A stretch of DNA of 64,000 bases from Chthonomonadales bacterium (GTDB lineage Bacteria > Armatimonadota > Chthonomonadetes > Chthonomonadales > CAJBBX01), in NCBI GenBank assembly GCA_049967475.1, contig JBMFSQ010000011.1:47848-111847 (forward strand), written 5' to 3'. Positions 30,004-39,009 of the stretch are shown one piece after another. The stretch's first letter is position 1. The number at the start of each line of letters is the position of its first letter. The notes beneath the pieces were generated by a model, which did no database searches, was not told the DNA's origin, and worked only from the letters and a program-made list of their open reading frames with translations. Made by a program: the position numbers and the translations under genes.

Positions 30004-31281
30004 TTGAAGACTTCGGCAGAAGGCAAATCAGTGGCGGGCGATGGGAATACTTCTTCGCGCCGCCGTGTATGGCGTGTCCTTGGTACAGTCGCGGCCGTCC
30101 TTGTGTGTACGGGAGCGATGGCGGCGGGAACGCTCTTCGGTCACCTCTATTGGAACAGCCCCTTCATACGCAACATGGTCAACCGCCATGGCTTCAGCAT
30201 GGCAGTGGGCACCCTGACGGGGCACACACTGCGCGACTGGGAGCCGGAACAAGTATTCCCAGGCCGGGACGCCATAAACGTATTGGTGCTGGGCAGTGAT
30301 CACGATTACGACAACCACGACCGCATCATCAAAACATCCTACGGGCGCAGTGATTCCATCCTCGTTGCCCACGTGGATTTTAAGAACAAGACCATCAACG
30401 CCCTTACCATTCCCAGGGACTCGGCGGTGCACATCCCCGGCAGACGGGGCATCCACAAGATCAATGCAGCCCATTCCTACGGCGGACCGGAACTTGCCGC
30501 AGAAACGGTCCACTCTGTGTTCGGCATCCCAATTGATGCCTACGTAGACTTGGACCTGGAGGGGTTTCAACATATCGTCAACGCCCTCGGCGGGATTGAT
30601 GTGTACGTAGAGAAGAAGCTGGATTACGACGACAATTGGGGGAACCTGCACATTCACCTGAAGCCCGGCTTCCAGCACCTTAACGGGTATCAGGCAATGG
30701 GCTACGTCAGGATGCGCCATTCCGATAGTGATGAGATGCGCTCGAAGCGCCAGCACGAGTTCCTCCAGGCGCTCCGTGAGAAGGTGAAGGATCCGAGGAC
30801 CTTCTGGAAGGTTCCGGAGGTCATCAAAAAGATCAACGACGATCTGCGCCGGAACCTTACCGATGATCAACTTCTGGCTCTGGTAAACTTCGCGCGCAAA
30901 CTGCCCGCTACGAGCATTCAGATGGCAACGCTGCCTTCCGAAGAAGGACCCGCCTATGTGACCATCGATTCGCAAAAGAGCGCCGAGGTCATCCAGCGGA
31001 TGTTCTTCCCCAATCAGCAGGTAGCGCTCAATGTGGATGCCCCCGATCCCAGTGCTGTGGCGGCGATGAATGCCCCCTACGCGCGGGGTCGCCGGCACGC
31101 GCATACCCGCCGCATGCGGCATAGGGCAGTGAGGGAACGCAAGTCTGCCCAGGCCGGCGCCAAGCCCGTAATCCACGATCTGTCGGTGGAACCCGCTCCG
31201 GCGGAGCCGGCTCCAGTGGACACGCCCGGCCAAACGCAGGAGCCTGGCGGCGAACCGGCACCCAGCGGGGGAGGCCAATAA
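30004..31281 (+). CDS. LytR-CpsA-Psr (LCP) family cell-envelope phosphotransferase
   Basis: N-terminal TM segment, then the LCP core NVLVLGSD...RSDSILVAHVD...TIPRDS...INAAHSYGG. Start codon uncertain (TTG 30004 or GTG 30031). Confidence 0.85.
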   Translation: MKTSAEGKSVAGDGNTSSRRRVWRVLGTVAAVLVCTGAMAAGTLFGHLYWNSPFIRNMVNRHGFSMAVGTLTGHTLRDWEPEQVFPGRDAINVLVLGSDHDYDNHDRIIKTSYGRSDSILVAHVDFKNKTINALTIPRDSAVHIPGRRGIHKINAAHSYGGPELAAETVHSVFGIPIDAYVDLDLEGFQHIVNALGGIDVYVEKKLDYDDNWGNLHIHLKPGFQHLNGYQAMGYVRMRHSDSDEMRSKRQHEFLQALREKVKDPRTFWKVPEVIKKINDDLRRNLTDDQLLALVNFARKLPATSIQMATLPSEEGPAYVTIDSQKSAEVIQRMFFPNQQVALNVDAPDPSAVAAMNAPYARGRRHAHTRRMRHRAVRERKSAQAGAKPVIHDLSVEPAPAEPAPVDTPGQTQEPGGEPAPSGGGQ

Positions 31282-31295
31282 GGAGGGACGCTGGG

Positions 31296-31649
31296 GTGAA
31301 GTTAGTACGTTCCGAAGCCGTCGCGTGGAAGCCTGTAGAGCAAGAACAGGCTTCAGGTTGTTCTATCCGTGAACTTATCACCCACCGCGATGGCGCGCCG
31401 ACCTTCGCAATGCGGCAATTCGAGGTGCTCCCGGGAGGGCACACTCCCTTGCATACGCACCCATGGGAACACGAAGTCTTCATTCTGTCCGGCGTAGGGC
31501 AGGTGGAAATGGCTTCGGGTTCCGTGTCTTTCCGATCGGGAGACGCCATCTTCGTGCCTGCGGGCGAGCTCCACTCCTTCTGCAACACAGGCTCCGACCC
31601 CCTCCGCTTCCTGTGCATGATCCCCGTTCAGGAGCCCTGTTGCAAGTAG
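31296..31649 (+). CDS. cupin-domain protein
   Basis: GGHTPLHTHPWEHEVFILSG cupin motif 1 and GDAIFVPAGELHSF motif 2. GTG start with AAGGAGGGA upstream. Confidence 0.8.
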   Translation: MKLVRSEAVAWKPVEQEQASGCSIRELITHRDGAPTFAMRQFEVLPGGHTPLHTHPWEHEVFILSGVGQVEMASGSVSFRSGDAIFVPAGELHSFCNTGSDPLRFLCMIPVQEPCCK

Positions 31650-31654
31650 CGCCC

Positions 31655-32263
31655 ATGGAGCTCCCTGGGGGATATCTGCTCGCCGTCCGAACGGATCGCT
31701 CCCTCATCGCTCCCCACTGGACACTTGCTCAGGCGGTCGCCCAATCCGTGGGCGCTGGGGCGAACCTTGTAATAATGGCCGAAGAGGATCTGCCCCGTTC
31801 GGCTCGGTTTGTGCTGGCCCGCTTCGTTCGCGATGCCGTCCACGGACGGTGCCCGTGGATCGTAGTGGGCGACGCACGCCTGGCGGAAGAGGTCGGCGCC
31901 GACGGCTGTTGCCTTGATGCCTCCGGCGATGCCTTGGCGGTTGGCGGCAGCCACGGGTTGCGCGCAGTGAGGATCACGCGTGCCGAGGAGGCGGCGCTGG
32001 CCAAGCACGCCGATTTCGCTATCTTGGAGCTGGATTGGAGCAGCCTAAACTCGGCCCTGGACGCGGTGGGCCGGATGCGCCGTAGCCTCCCCGGGTTGCC
32101 GCTTCTGGCAGGAACCGATCCGCCGCTGGAAGCTGTGCAGGACCTGTGTAACGTGGGTGCCCAGGGGGTTGTGCTTTGCGCTCAGGCCATGGACGTTCAG
32201 CGGCGTGGAGAGGTTGTGGAGGCTTTCGCACACAATTTGCGCGCTTGCGTGCCCAAGCGTTAA
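31655..32263 (+). CDS. thiamine-phosphate synthase/TenI-like TIM-barrel protein (divergent)
   Basis: Architecture resembles ThiE (WIVVGDARLAEEVGADG..., LLAGTDP..., GAQGVVLCAQAM), but the usual GVHLGQ motif reads GCCLD. Confidence 0.4.
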   Translation: MELPGGYLLAVRTDRSLIAPHWTLAQAVAQSVGAGANLVIMAEEDLPRSARFVLARFVRDAVHGRCPWIVVGDARLAEEVGADGCCLDASGDALAVGGSHGLRAVRITRAEEAALAKHADFAILELDWSSLNSALDAVGRMRRSLPGLPLLAGTDPPLEAVQDLCNVGAQGVVLCAQAMDVQRRGEVVEAFAHNLRACVPKR

Positions 32264-32344
32264 GGAGGGGGCGGAAGGAAGAGGAGCAGCGGGACGAGAA
32301 ACACATTCTGGTTTTTCGTCACACTGCACCGGGAAGGGGTGGAT

Positions 32345-34375
32345 ATGCCTAAGCGTCCTGTACAATTGGAAGACCTGTTCCGCTTCAAGCTGGCGGGCGA
32401 CACTCAGATCTCGCCGGACGGCAACCGCATCGTATTTACCGTCAAGCGCACCGATGTGGAGAAGAACAAATACTTCACCAGCCTCTGGATGGCCGAAGTG
32501 CTTAAGCGCGACGCCCGCCGGTTTACAAGCGACGGGCATTCGGATGCCAACCCAAGATGGTCGCCGGATGGTCGGAGCATCGCCTTCATCAGCGATCGAG
32601 ACAAACCCGGGAGCCAGATATACCTTATAGCGGCTGATGGCGGCGAAGCGCAGAAGCTCACCAATCTCGAAGAGGGATCGGTGCAATCGCTGGCCTGGTC
32701 ACCGGATGGGTCGCGCATCGCATTCCTTTTCAGAGCCACACCGGAGAACTGGCGCGAGAAGGCCAAGAAGGAGCGCGAAGAAAAGGAGCTTTCGCCGCCT
32801 GTCCGTACCCATTCCAAGCTCTTCTATCGCCTGGACGGCATGGGATATTTCGACGGCTCGTTGGCCCAGATATGGGTCGTAACGGTTGCAACGGGCGAAG
32901 TCCGGCGTTTGACCGATCTGCCCCATCACCTGGGCGCGCCATCGTGGTCGCCGGACGGAAGAAAGCTCCTGTTCTCTGCGAACCTCAACGAAGACGACGA
33001 CCTGATGCCGCTTCTGGACGAACTATGGGTGATCCCTGCAGACGGCGGAAGTCCCGAGCGCATCGAAGCGCCGGCAGGTCCCAAATGGGGACCCGTCTTC
33101 TCTCCTGACGGCGCGTGGATCGCCTATGGGGGGCACACAGACCTGGATGATACCTGGGGTGGGAGGAATGACCGGGTTCTGGTGATCCCTGCCGGAGGCG
33201 GGGAAGCGCGCGACCTTACAGGCGCCTCGGACTTGGCAGTGGGTTACCTTACGCTTTCGGACGCGCATGAAGCCGGCGGGGGTGTGCCGATCCAATGGTC
33301 CCCCGACAGCGCATACCTCTACTTTCCGGTGAGCGCTAAGGGCGACACGCGCTTGTACCGTGTGTCTCTAGCGGATGGAGAACTGGAGCCCTTGACCCCA
33401 GCCCAACGCGAAATGGGCGCCTTCAGCCTCAACGTAACCGGGGAGCGGGCGGGGGTACTTCTGGGAAGCGCCGCAGAACTTTACGATGCCTACCTTCTGA
33501 ACCTGACCCATCCGCCGGAACTGGTTAAGGTGAGCGCCGTCAACCGGGAGCTGCTGGAGGAAGTGAGCCTCCAACTTCCAGACGAGCTGAACATACCCAA
33601 CGGCGAGGGAGGAACGGTCCATGCGTGGATGCTTCGCCCTCCGGATTTCGACCCAAACCGCAAATACCCGCTCGTGCTCTACGTACATGGGGGTCCCGCT
33701 CTGCAATACGGAGGAAGGGCAGCACCCTTGCACGAACACCAGTGGCTTGCCGCTAACGGCTACGTGGTGCTTTTTTCCAATCCCAGGGGCAGTAAGGGAT
33801 ATGGCGAGGCGTACACCATGGCCATCCGGGGCGACTGGGGAAACAAAGACTGGCACGATATCCAAGCTGTGGCGGACTATGGCGCATCGCTTCCCTATGT
33901 AGACCCGGCGCGCATGGCCATCATGGGCGGATCCTACGGCGGATTTATGACTGCTTGGGCGGTGGGTCACACGGACCGCTTCAGGTGCGCCATTGCAGAC
34001 AGGCTCGTGGGAAATCTGCACAGCATGAGCGGCACGTGCGACTTTCCATGGATCCACGGCAAGGAGTTTGGGGGGAATGCCTGGGATGACCCGTCAGAAC
34101 TCTGGCGCGCGTCGCCGCTCCATTACGCCGGGTCCATCCAAACTCCCCTGCTTCTGATCCACTCGGATGGGGATTTGCGCTGCCCAGTGGGCCAAGCGGA
34201 GGAGCTCTTCGCAGCCCTTCGCCATCAGCGCAAGGTCGTTGAATTCGTGCGCTATCCTTCCAATACGAGCCATGGCCTATCGCGGAATGGGCCGCCCGAC
34301 ATGCGGACGGACCGGCTGCGGCGCAACCTTGCTTGGCTTGATCGGTGGCTGAAGGACCAGGTTTCCGGCTCGTGA
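32345..34375 (+). CDS. S9-family serine peptidase (acylaminoacyl/prolyl oligopeptidase type) with beta-propeller
   Basis: TolB-like propeller repeats (SPDG.. repeated). Catalytic GGSYGGFMT. C-terminal D and H (HSDGDLRCP, SHGL). Confidence 0.88.
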   Translation: MPKRPVQLEDLFRFKLAGDTQISPDGNRIVFTVKRTDVEKNKYFTSLWMAEVLKRDARRFTSDGHSDANPRWSPDGRSIAFISDRDKPGSQIYLIAADGGEAQKLTNLEEGSVQSLAWSPDGSRIAFLFRATPENWREKAKKEREEKELSPPVRTHSKLFYRLDGMGYFDGSLAQIWVVTVATGEVRRLTDLPHHLGAPSWSPDGRKLLFSANLNEDDDLMPLLDELWVIPADGGSPERIEAPAGPKWGPVFSPDGAWIAYGGHTDLDDTWGGRNDRVLVIPAGGGEARDLTGASDLAVGYLTLSDAHEAGGGVPIQWSPDSAYLYFPVSAKGDTRLYRVSLADGELEPLTPAQREMGAFSLNVTGERAGVLLGSAAELYDAYLLNLTHPPELVKVSAVNRELLEEVSLQLPDELNIPNGEGGTVHAWMLRPPDFDPNRKYPLVLYVHGGPALQYGGRAAPLHEHQWLAANGYVVLFSNPRGSKGYGEAYTMAIRGDWGNKDWHDIQAVADYGASLPYVDPARMAIMGGSYGGFMTAWAVGHTDRFRCAIADRLVGNLHSMSGTCDFPWIHGKEFGGNAWDDPSELWRASPLHYAGSIQTPLLLIHSDGDLRCPVGQAEELFAALRHQRKVVEFVRYPSNTSHGLSRNGPPDMRTDRLRRNLAWLDRWLKDQVSGS

Positions 34376-34405
34376 TCCGGCGGAAGGGAAGCCGGGGGCG
34401 CAGCG

Positions 34406-34675
34406 ATGTTCGTGAAGGTACGCTGCCCACATTGTGGTCAAACGTATTGGCGGGGGTCGCAGCACCGATGCCCGGCCCAGCAATCCGCCTCTCAGCCGCG
34501 TTTACGAAGCCGGCCGAGTTGGGTGGACCCGGACCGCGAAGAGGACTATTGCCTGCTGCGCCTTTTGGATTTGCTGCTGTGGGTTGGGTGTTGGACCGGC
34601 TGCTTCGGGTGCCTCCTGCCGCCGATACTCCTTGTGGGAGTGCTGGCTGCGGCGTGGGCAGCCTATACCCATTGA
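34406..34675 (+). CDS. small zinc-ribbon protein with C-terminal TM segment
   Basis: CPHCG near the N-terminus. Hydrophobic tail LLPPILLVGVLAAAWAAY. Reasonable third-position GC. No homology recognised. Confidence 0.45.
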   Translation: MFVKVRCPHCGQTYWRGSQHRCPAQQSASQPRLRSRPSWVDPDREEDYCLLRLLDLLLWVGCWTGCFGCLLPPILLVGVLAAAWAAYTH

Positions 34676-34692
34676 TGAAGTGAGGATTGCAC

Positions 34693-34935
34693 ATGGACAC
34701 GGAAATTGAGCTGAAGACGAACGAAGAAGTTGCCCGCGAAGGGATCGGCGATCCGCCTGCCTTCGGGCGATGCCCGGTATGCGGCAAGCCGCTTCGACCT
34801 CGGGACCTCATTACCGGGGAACCCAAGGCTCCTGAGCCCGGCCAGGGGAAGTACTCACGGGCCATCTGCACCGGCTGCGGGAATATCATCGAATATATCG
34901 GCGGGGGTAAGTGGAAGCTGGCAAACCCCAACTAG
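34693..34935 (+). CDS. small zinc-ribbon protein
   Basis: CPVCG...CTGCG. GAGGA 6 nt upstream of ATG 34693. Confidence 0.5.
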   Translation: MDTEIELKTNEEVAREGIGDPPAFGRCPVCGKPLRPRDLITGEPKAPEPGQGKYSRAICTGCGNIIEYIGGGKWKLANPN

Positions 34936-34985
34936 AGCGGAACGGGCATGCCCAGGCTTCATCGGCTTCGGCAAGGGCTCCGTCG

Positions 34986-35774
34986 GTGATAACCACCTTG
35001 CGCCGAGCTATTCGCGCAGTGTGGGACCACCTGGGTTTGCTGTGCGGGTTGAGCTGCACGCTCTTTGCCGTGAGCGCAGCAGGGCTGTCTGCGCTTTCTG
35101 CCCTGGCTCGGATGCTGGGACTGAGCCGCCTTTGGGAGGTGGCTGCGGGTGCCGCATGGATGGCCTTCGTGGCGGTTCCACTCTATGCGGGGATCGCCCA
35201 GATCGCCCACCGCATCCTTGCCCACCGGGTGGCTCCTTCAGAACCGCCAACCTATGCGGACCTGTGGGTTGCCTTCAGGTCCCTTTGGCTACGGGCGGTT
35301 TTCTTGGGTCTGGTGGAGTTCGTCGTGTCGGCTGTGCTGATGGGCAATCTGGTCTTCTACCTGATCAGGGGCGGCTTTGGTTTTCTGCTGTTGGCAGCCT
35401 TCTTCGTATACCTGACGGCCTTTTGGCTTGTGAACATGATGTACCACTGGCCGCTGCTCATCGCTGCCGAAGAGGGCCTTATCCCCACGGAGAGCCTGCC
35501 CGCAGGGCGCCGCAAGGCGCGCGTGTCCGCTGCTCTGCGCAACAGCCTGCTTCTGGCGGCGGGGGCGCCCCTGCGTGGCTTTGGCGTATGCGCGTTCTTA
35601 GCAGCCACGGGGTTGGCGCTGGCTGCCTCGGGCATAGGGCTTGTATTTCTGCTGCCCGGATATTCGGCTGTATTGGCAGCCCAGGCTACCTGGGACGAGC
35701 TCGTTCGAATGGGTGTCGTGGAAGCGCCGCCCGATCCCGAGGCTCCGCCGACGGATCCCGGGATGCGGCTGTAA
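34986..35774 (+). CDS. polytopic membrane protein, function unknown
   Basis: ORF 34911..35774 contains several long hydrophobic segments. The competing frame (ORF 34730..) is Arg/Gly/Cys-rich junk here. Start uncertain (34911 ATG or 34986 GTG). Confidence 0.6.
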   Translation: MITTLRRAIRAVWDHLGLLCGLSCTLFAVSAAGLSALSALARMLGLSRLWEVAAGAAWMAFVAVPLYAGIAQIAHRILAHRVAPSEPPTYADLWVAFRSLWLRAVFLGLVEFVVSAVLMGNLVFYLIRGGFGFLLLAAFFVYLTAFWLVNMMYHWPLLIAAEEGLIPTESLPAGRRKARVSAALRNSLLLAAGAPLRGFGVCAFLAATGLALAASGIGLVFLLPGYSAVLAAQATWDELVRMGVVEAPPDPEAPPTDPGMRL

Positions 35775-35800
35775 CGCTGGGAAAGGAAAGGATCATCAGA

Positions 35801-36559
35801 ATGGCTAGGATTATTGATCTTGCCGGCAAGACTGCCCTGGTTACCGGCGCCGGTCATGGCATTGGGGCTTCCATCGCGAGAACTATGGCGGCCGCGGGTG
35901 CCAAAACCGTGGTTAACTACCGCCGAAGCGCCGACAAAGCAGAAGCCGTGGCAGCCTCCATCCGTGCTGCTGGAGGAGAGGCCGTTGCTCTCCAGGCCGA
36001 CGTTACGGACCGCGACCAGGTTGAGCGCATGCGCCAGGAGATCCTCAAGATCTATGGGCCCGTAGACATCCTAGTGAACAACGCCTTGGATCAGCGGGAA
36101 TGGAAGCCCTTCCTTGAGCTTCCTTGGGAGGTTTTCCAAAGCCAGGTGGATGGTTGCCTGAAGGCAATCTGCAATACCGGCTGGGCCTTCATTCCGGATA
36201 TGCAGGAGAGGCGATGGGGACGCATCATCAACATCTCCACGGTATGCTTCATCGAGAACCTGCCTGGCGAGAGCGCCTACAATTCGGGAAAGGGCGCCAT
36301 GTATTCATGGAGCCGCACCGTTTGCCGCGAAGTGGCCCCGTACAACATCACGGTGAACCAAGTGGCTCCCGGTTGGATGCGTACAGAGAAGGTGGATCCG
36401 AACTCCGAAGGAGCCCGCCGCTATGCCGAACAGGTTCCCATGAAACGCCAAGGGGATGCCGACGAGATTGCTAAGGCATGCCTCTTTTTCGCCAGCGACT
36501 TGGCCGATTTCATTACGGGAGCCTTCCTGCCTGTGTGCGGCGGGCTCTTTTTGTGGTGA
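35801..36559 (+). CDS. short-chain dehydrogenase/reductase (FabG-like)
   Basis: TGAGHGIGAS cofactor motif, NNAL, and catalytic YNSGK. Confidence 0.88.
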   Translation: MARIIDLAGKTALVTGAGHGIGASIARTMAAAGAKTVVNYRRSADKAEAVAASIRAAGGEAVALQADVTDRDQVERMRQEILKIYGPVDILVNNALDQREWKPFLELPWEVFQSQVDGCLKAICNTGWAFIPDMQERRWGRIINISTVCFIENLPGESAYNSGKGAMYSWSRTVCREVAPYNITVNQVAPGWMRTEKVDPNSEGARRYAEQVPMKRQGDADEIAKACLFFASDLADFITGAFLPVCGGLFLW

Positions 36560-36627
36560 CCAGGACGCAAGGGTTCCTCGGCCCCAGGAGAACCGTTCGG
36601 CCCTATGGGACCGGGGCAGTTGCAATG

Positions 36628-37173
36628 CTACATATGGAAGCGGGCCAGAAGCGTCACCAGGGTGTCTCGTTCGGTAAAGTGCACGTTCAACTCGGCCCCG
36701 AGGCGATTGCTGAGATCTGTACCCAAGATGAGCTTGCCGTCGAATTTGGCTGGTCCGCCGAGAACCGCACCGACGCCGCCGCCGAAGTACACGTCTCGGA
36801 GGCCCATGCCGCCTCCTGTGTACGTGAGCAAATCTACGGTTACGGGCACGATGGTGTCTATGCCGCCGAAGTTTGCCTTGATGATCACGTCGCCATCCAG
36901 ACGGGCGTGCCAGTTGTTGGTTGTGGTGAGGGAGGGAATGGATAGATCCAGCCCTACGAGGGCGGCACCTCGGGGCGAAAGCATGGCTCCGCCCCTCAGG
37001 GACGCATTGCTGAAGGGGCTCTCGGCTGAACGGCGCGCGCCGCCCATCGCATAGGAGCCACTCACGAGGCGTGCCAATTGAACATTGCCTTGTGGAGAGG
37101 GCGTTTGGGCCCGCGCTGCTACGGGCACCACAAGCGCGGCAGCTACTGCAAGGCGTGCAACAAATCGGACCAT
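36628..37173 (-). CDS. small secreted beta-rich protein, possibly outer-membrane beta-barrel
   Basis: ATG 37173 with AAGGAG upstream. Signal peptide MVRFVARLAVAAALVVPVAARAQ. Gly-rich alternating pattern. Confidence 0.45.
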   Translation of the reverse strand: MVRFVARLAVAAALVVPVAARAQTPSPQGNVQLARLVSGSYAMGGARRSAESPFSNASLRGGAMLSPRGAALVGLDLSIPSLTTTNNWHARLDGDVIIKANFGGIDTIVPVTVDLLTYTGGGMGLRDVYFGGGVGAVLGGPAKFDGKLILGTDLSNRLGAELNVHFTERDTLVTLLARFHM

Positions 37174-37307
37174 GAGAATTCTCCTTTCGTGAACAGAGAA
37201 CGGGCTGGCGCGCGTTAGGCCCGGTGTTGATGGTATCCTATGTTTCCCGCTCAACATCGGTCGCCCCTAGACGCCAGCAACACAATAGGGGCAGGCAGGC
37301 AATACCC

Positions 37308-38096
37308 ATGCATCATTATGACTTATTTGAGCCGATCCAGGTTTCGCCCCAGGATCTGCCTCCCATGGTGAAACCCGAGGAGGCCGCCGCGAAGCTCGCG
37401 GCGCTCTTGGCTTCCAAAGCCGACTGTGGAGCGTGGCAGATAGCCGATAACACCTACGCCGCCATGGGGCGTGACGCTCGGCAGCCGATCCTCTTTGCGG
37501 GATCGCTGGCTGCACACGTATGCGTTCTAGGCCGAGACCTCGGCAGTGAGGAGGTGCTGCTGGGCGAGCCTCTGGTAGGCCCCTCCGGCCATCGCTTGCG
37601 CCGCGCCCTTCATATTTGCCTTTTTGGGTCAGAACCCGATCCCGAAGACGCAACCATTCGCCGGGTGCTTCCCCACGTGCTGCTCGCCAACACGGTCCCC
37701 TATAAACCCGTCGGGAACCGGCCTTTTTCGCGCCGCGTTCGGGAAGCCGTACGGCCTGTGATGGAGGCATTCTTGAGGCGCGTTTGGCAGGGGCATGTGG
37801 TCGTCACGCTGGGGTCCGAGGCATTCCACTGGTTCGAGCCGTACTGCCCGCCTGGAGTATTGCGGTCCTTCTGGGCCCGTCCGGACCGCTTCGAAGCTTT
37901 ACTGGAGTGTTCGCTGGCTAGTGGAGGCATGGGGCGCGGAAAGGTCAAGCCCATCGTACTGGCGCCGCTGCCGCATCCGTCTCCACGGAACCGCAAGTAT
38001 TTTTGGGAATTCGAGGATCTCGTCGCGAGGCGCTGGGAGCAGGCTAAAGCAATCGCGGCGCAAGCGGACGAGCATCCGCAAGCCGACGGGCCTTAA
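37308..38096 (+). CDS. uracil-DNA glycosylase superfamily protein, atypical motifs
   Basis: VLGRDLGSEEVLLGEPLVGPSG aligns to the family-4 GEAPGxxE...FVGxAG region. PLPHPSPRN matches motif B. No CxxC Fe-S cysteines. Confidence 0.6.
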   Translation: MHHYDLFEPIQVSPQDLPPMVKPEEAAAKLAALLASKADCGAWQIADNTYAAMGRDARQPILFAGSLAAHVCVLGRDLGSEEVLLGEPLVGPSGHRLRRALHICLFGSEPDPEDATIRRVLPHVLLANTVPYKPVGNRPFSRRVREAVRPVMEAFLRRVWQGHVVVTLGSEAFHWFEPYCPPGVLRSFWARPDRFEALLECSLASGGMGRGKVKPIVLAPLPHPSPRNRKYFWEFEDLVARRWEQAKAIAAQADEHPQADGP

Positions 38097-38128
38097 CGCC
38101 GTGCACCATCCAAGTAACGAGAACACCC

Positions 38129-38992
38129 ATGCGCATTGCCGAGAGCTTCCGCCTAGGTGATCCTATTTTCTCCTTCGAGTTCTTTCCGCCCAAGGATCCC
38201 GAGGGCTGGCGAACCCTCTATGCCGCCATCGCAGATCTTGCGCTCCTTCGGCCTGCCTTCGTGTCTGTTACCTATGGAGCCGGGGGGTCCACACGGCGCA
38301 AGACCGTGGAGCTTGTGGCCCGCATCAAAGAGGAGCTGGGGCTGGAGGCCATGGCGCACCTAACCTGTGTGGGGCACACTCAGGATGAGATCTTTGAGAT
38401 CCTCCAACGGCTTTGGGATCAAAACATCGAGAATATCCTCGCGCTCAGGGGAGATCCGCCCCAAAAGCAGGAACGCTTCCAACCCACCCCGGGCGGCTTC
38501 GCACACGCGTCGGAACTCGTCCGCTTTATCCGTGCAAACTTCCCCTTCTGCGTCGGAGGAGCGGCCTACCCGGAGGTTCATCCCGAAGCCCCCAACGCCG
38601 AAGCAGACCTCATGTACCTTGTGCAGAAAGTGGAGGCAGGAGCCGAGTTCCTCATCACCCAGCTCTTTTTCGATGCCGCGGTGTATTTTCGCTTCCTGCA
38701 TCGTGCGCAGAAAGCCGGCATCGCCGTTCCCATCGTTCCGGGGGTGATGCCTGTAACGAGCGTAAGCCAGATCGAGCGCTTTACCCGTATGTGCGGCGCA
38801 TCCATACCGCAGGAGCTCCATGCTCGACTGGATGCCGTTCGACACGATCCCGCTGCCGTGGTGCAGGTGGGGGTAGACTGGGCTACCCAACAGTGTCGGG
38901 CCCTGTTGGAGGGCGGCGCGCCCGGGATCCACTTTTACACGCTAAACCGATCTCACTCCGCCAGAAGGGTCTACGAGAACATCGTGGGATAG
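38129..38992 (+). CDS. metF: 5,10-methylenetetrahydrofolate reductase
   Basis: FSFEFFPPK...VSVTYGAGGSTR...LRGDPP signature. Confidence 0.92.
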   Translation: MRIAESFRLGDPIFSFEFFPPKDPEGWRTLYAAIADLALLRPAFVSVTYGAGGSTRRKTVELVARIKEELGLEAMAHLTCVGHTQDEIFEILQRLWDQNIENILALRGDPPQKQERFQPTPGGFAHASELVRFIRANFPFCVGGAAYPEVHPEAPNAEADLMYLVQKVEAGAEFLITQLFFDAAVYFRFLHRAQKAGIAVPIVPGVMPVTSVSQIERFTRMCGASIPQELHARLDAVRHDPAAVVQVGVDWATQQCRALLEGGAPGIHFYTLNRSHSARRVYENIVG

Positions 38993-39009
38993 GGACGGCG
39001 GCATCCGCA

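Noticed and set aside
30028-31278. 416-aa minus-strand ORF
   Set aside because: Antisense to the LCP-family gene.
32264-32303. About 40-nt polypurine tract (GGAGGGGGCGGAAGGAAGAGGAGCAGCGGGACGAGAAACA) after the ThiE-like gene
   Set aside because: Probably just a purine-rich intergenic or SD-like region ahead of the peptidase gene. No repeat unit or pairing partner was seen.
33981-34931. 316-aa minus-strand ORF covering the mini zinc-ribbon ORFs
   Set aside because: Pro/Arg/Ser/Gly-rich and motif-free, and antisense to the well-supported C-terminus of the S9 peptidase. It does lower confidence in the two small plus-strand ORFs.
34730-35800. Long upstream extension fusing to the SDR ORF (609 aa)
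   Set aside because: The translation here is Arg/Gly/Cys-rich junk. The alternative frame encodes a convincing multi-TM protein. The SDR starts at ATG 35801 with its TGxxxGxG motif near the N-terminus.
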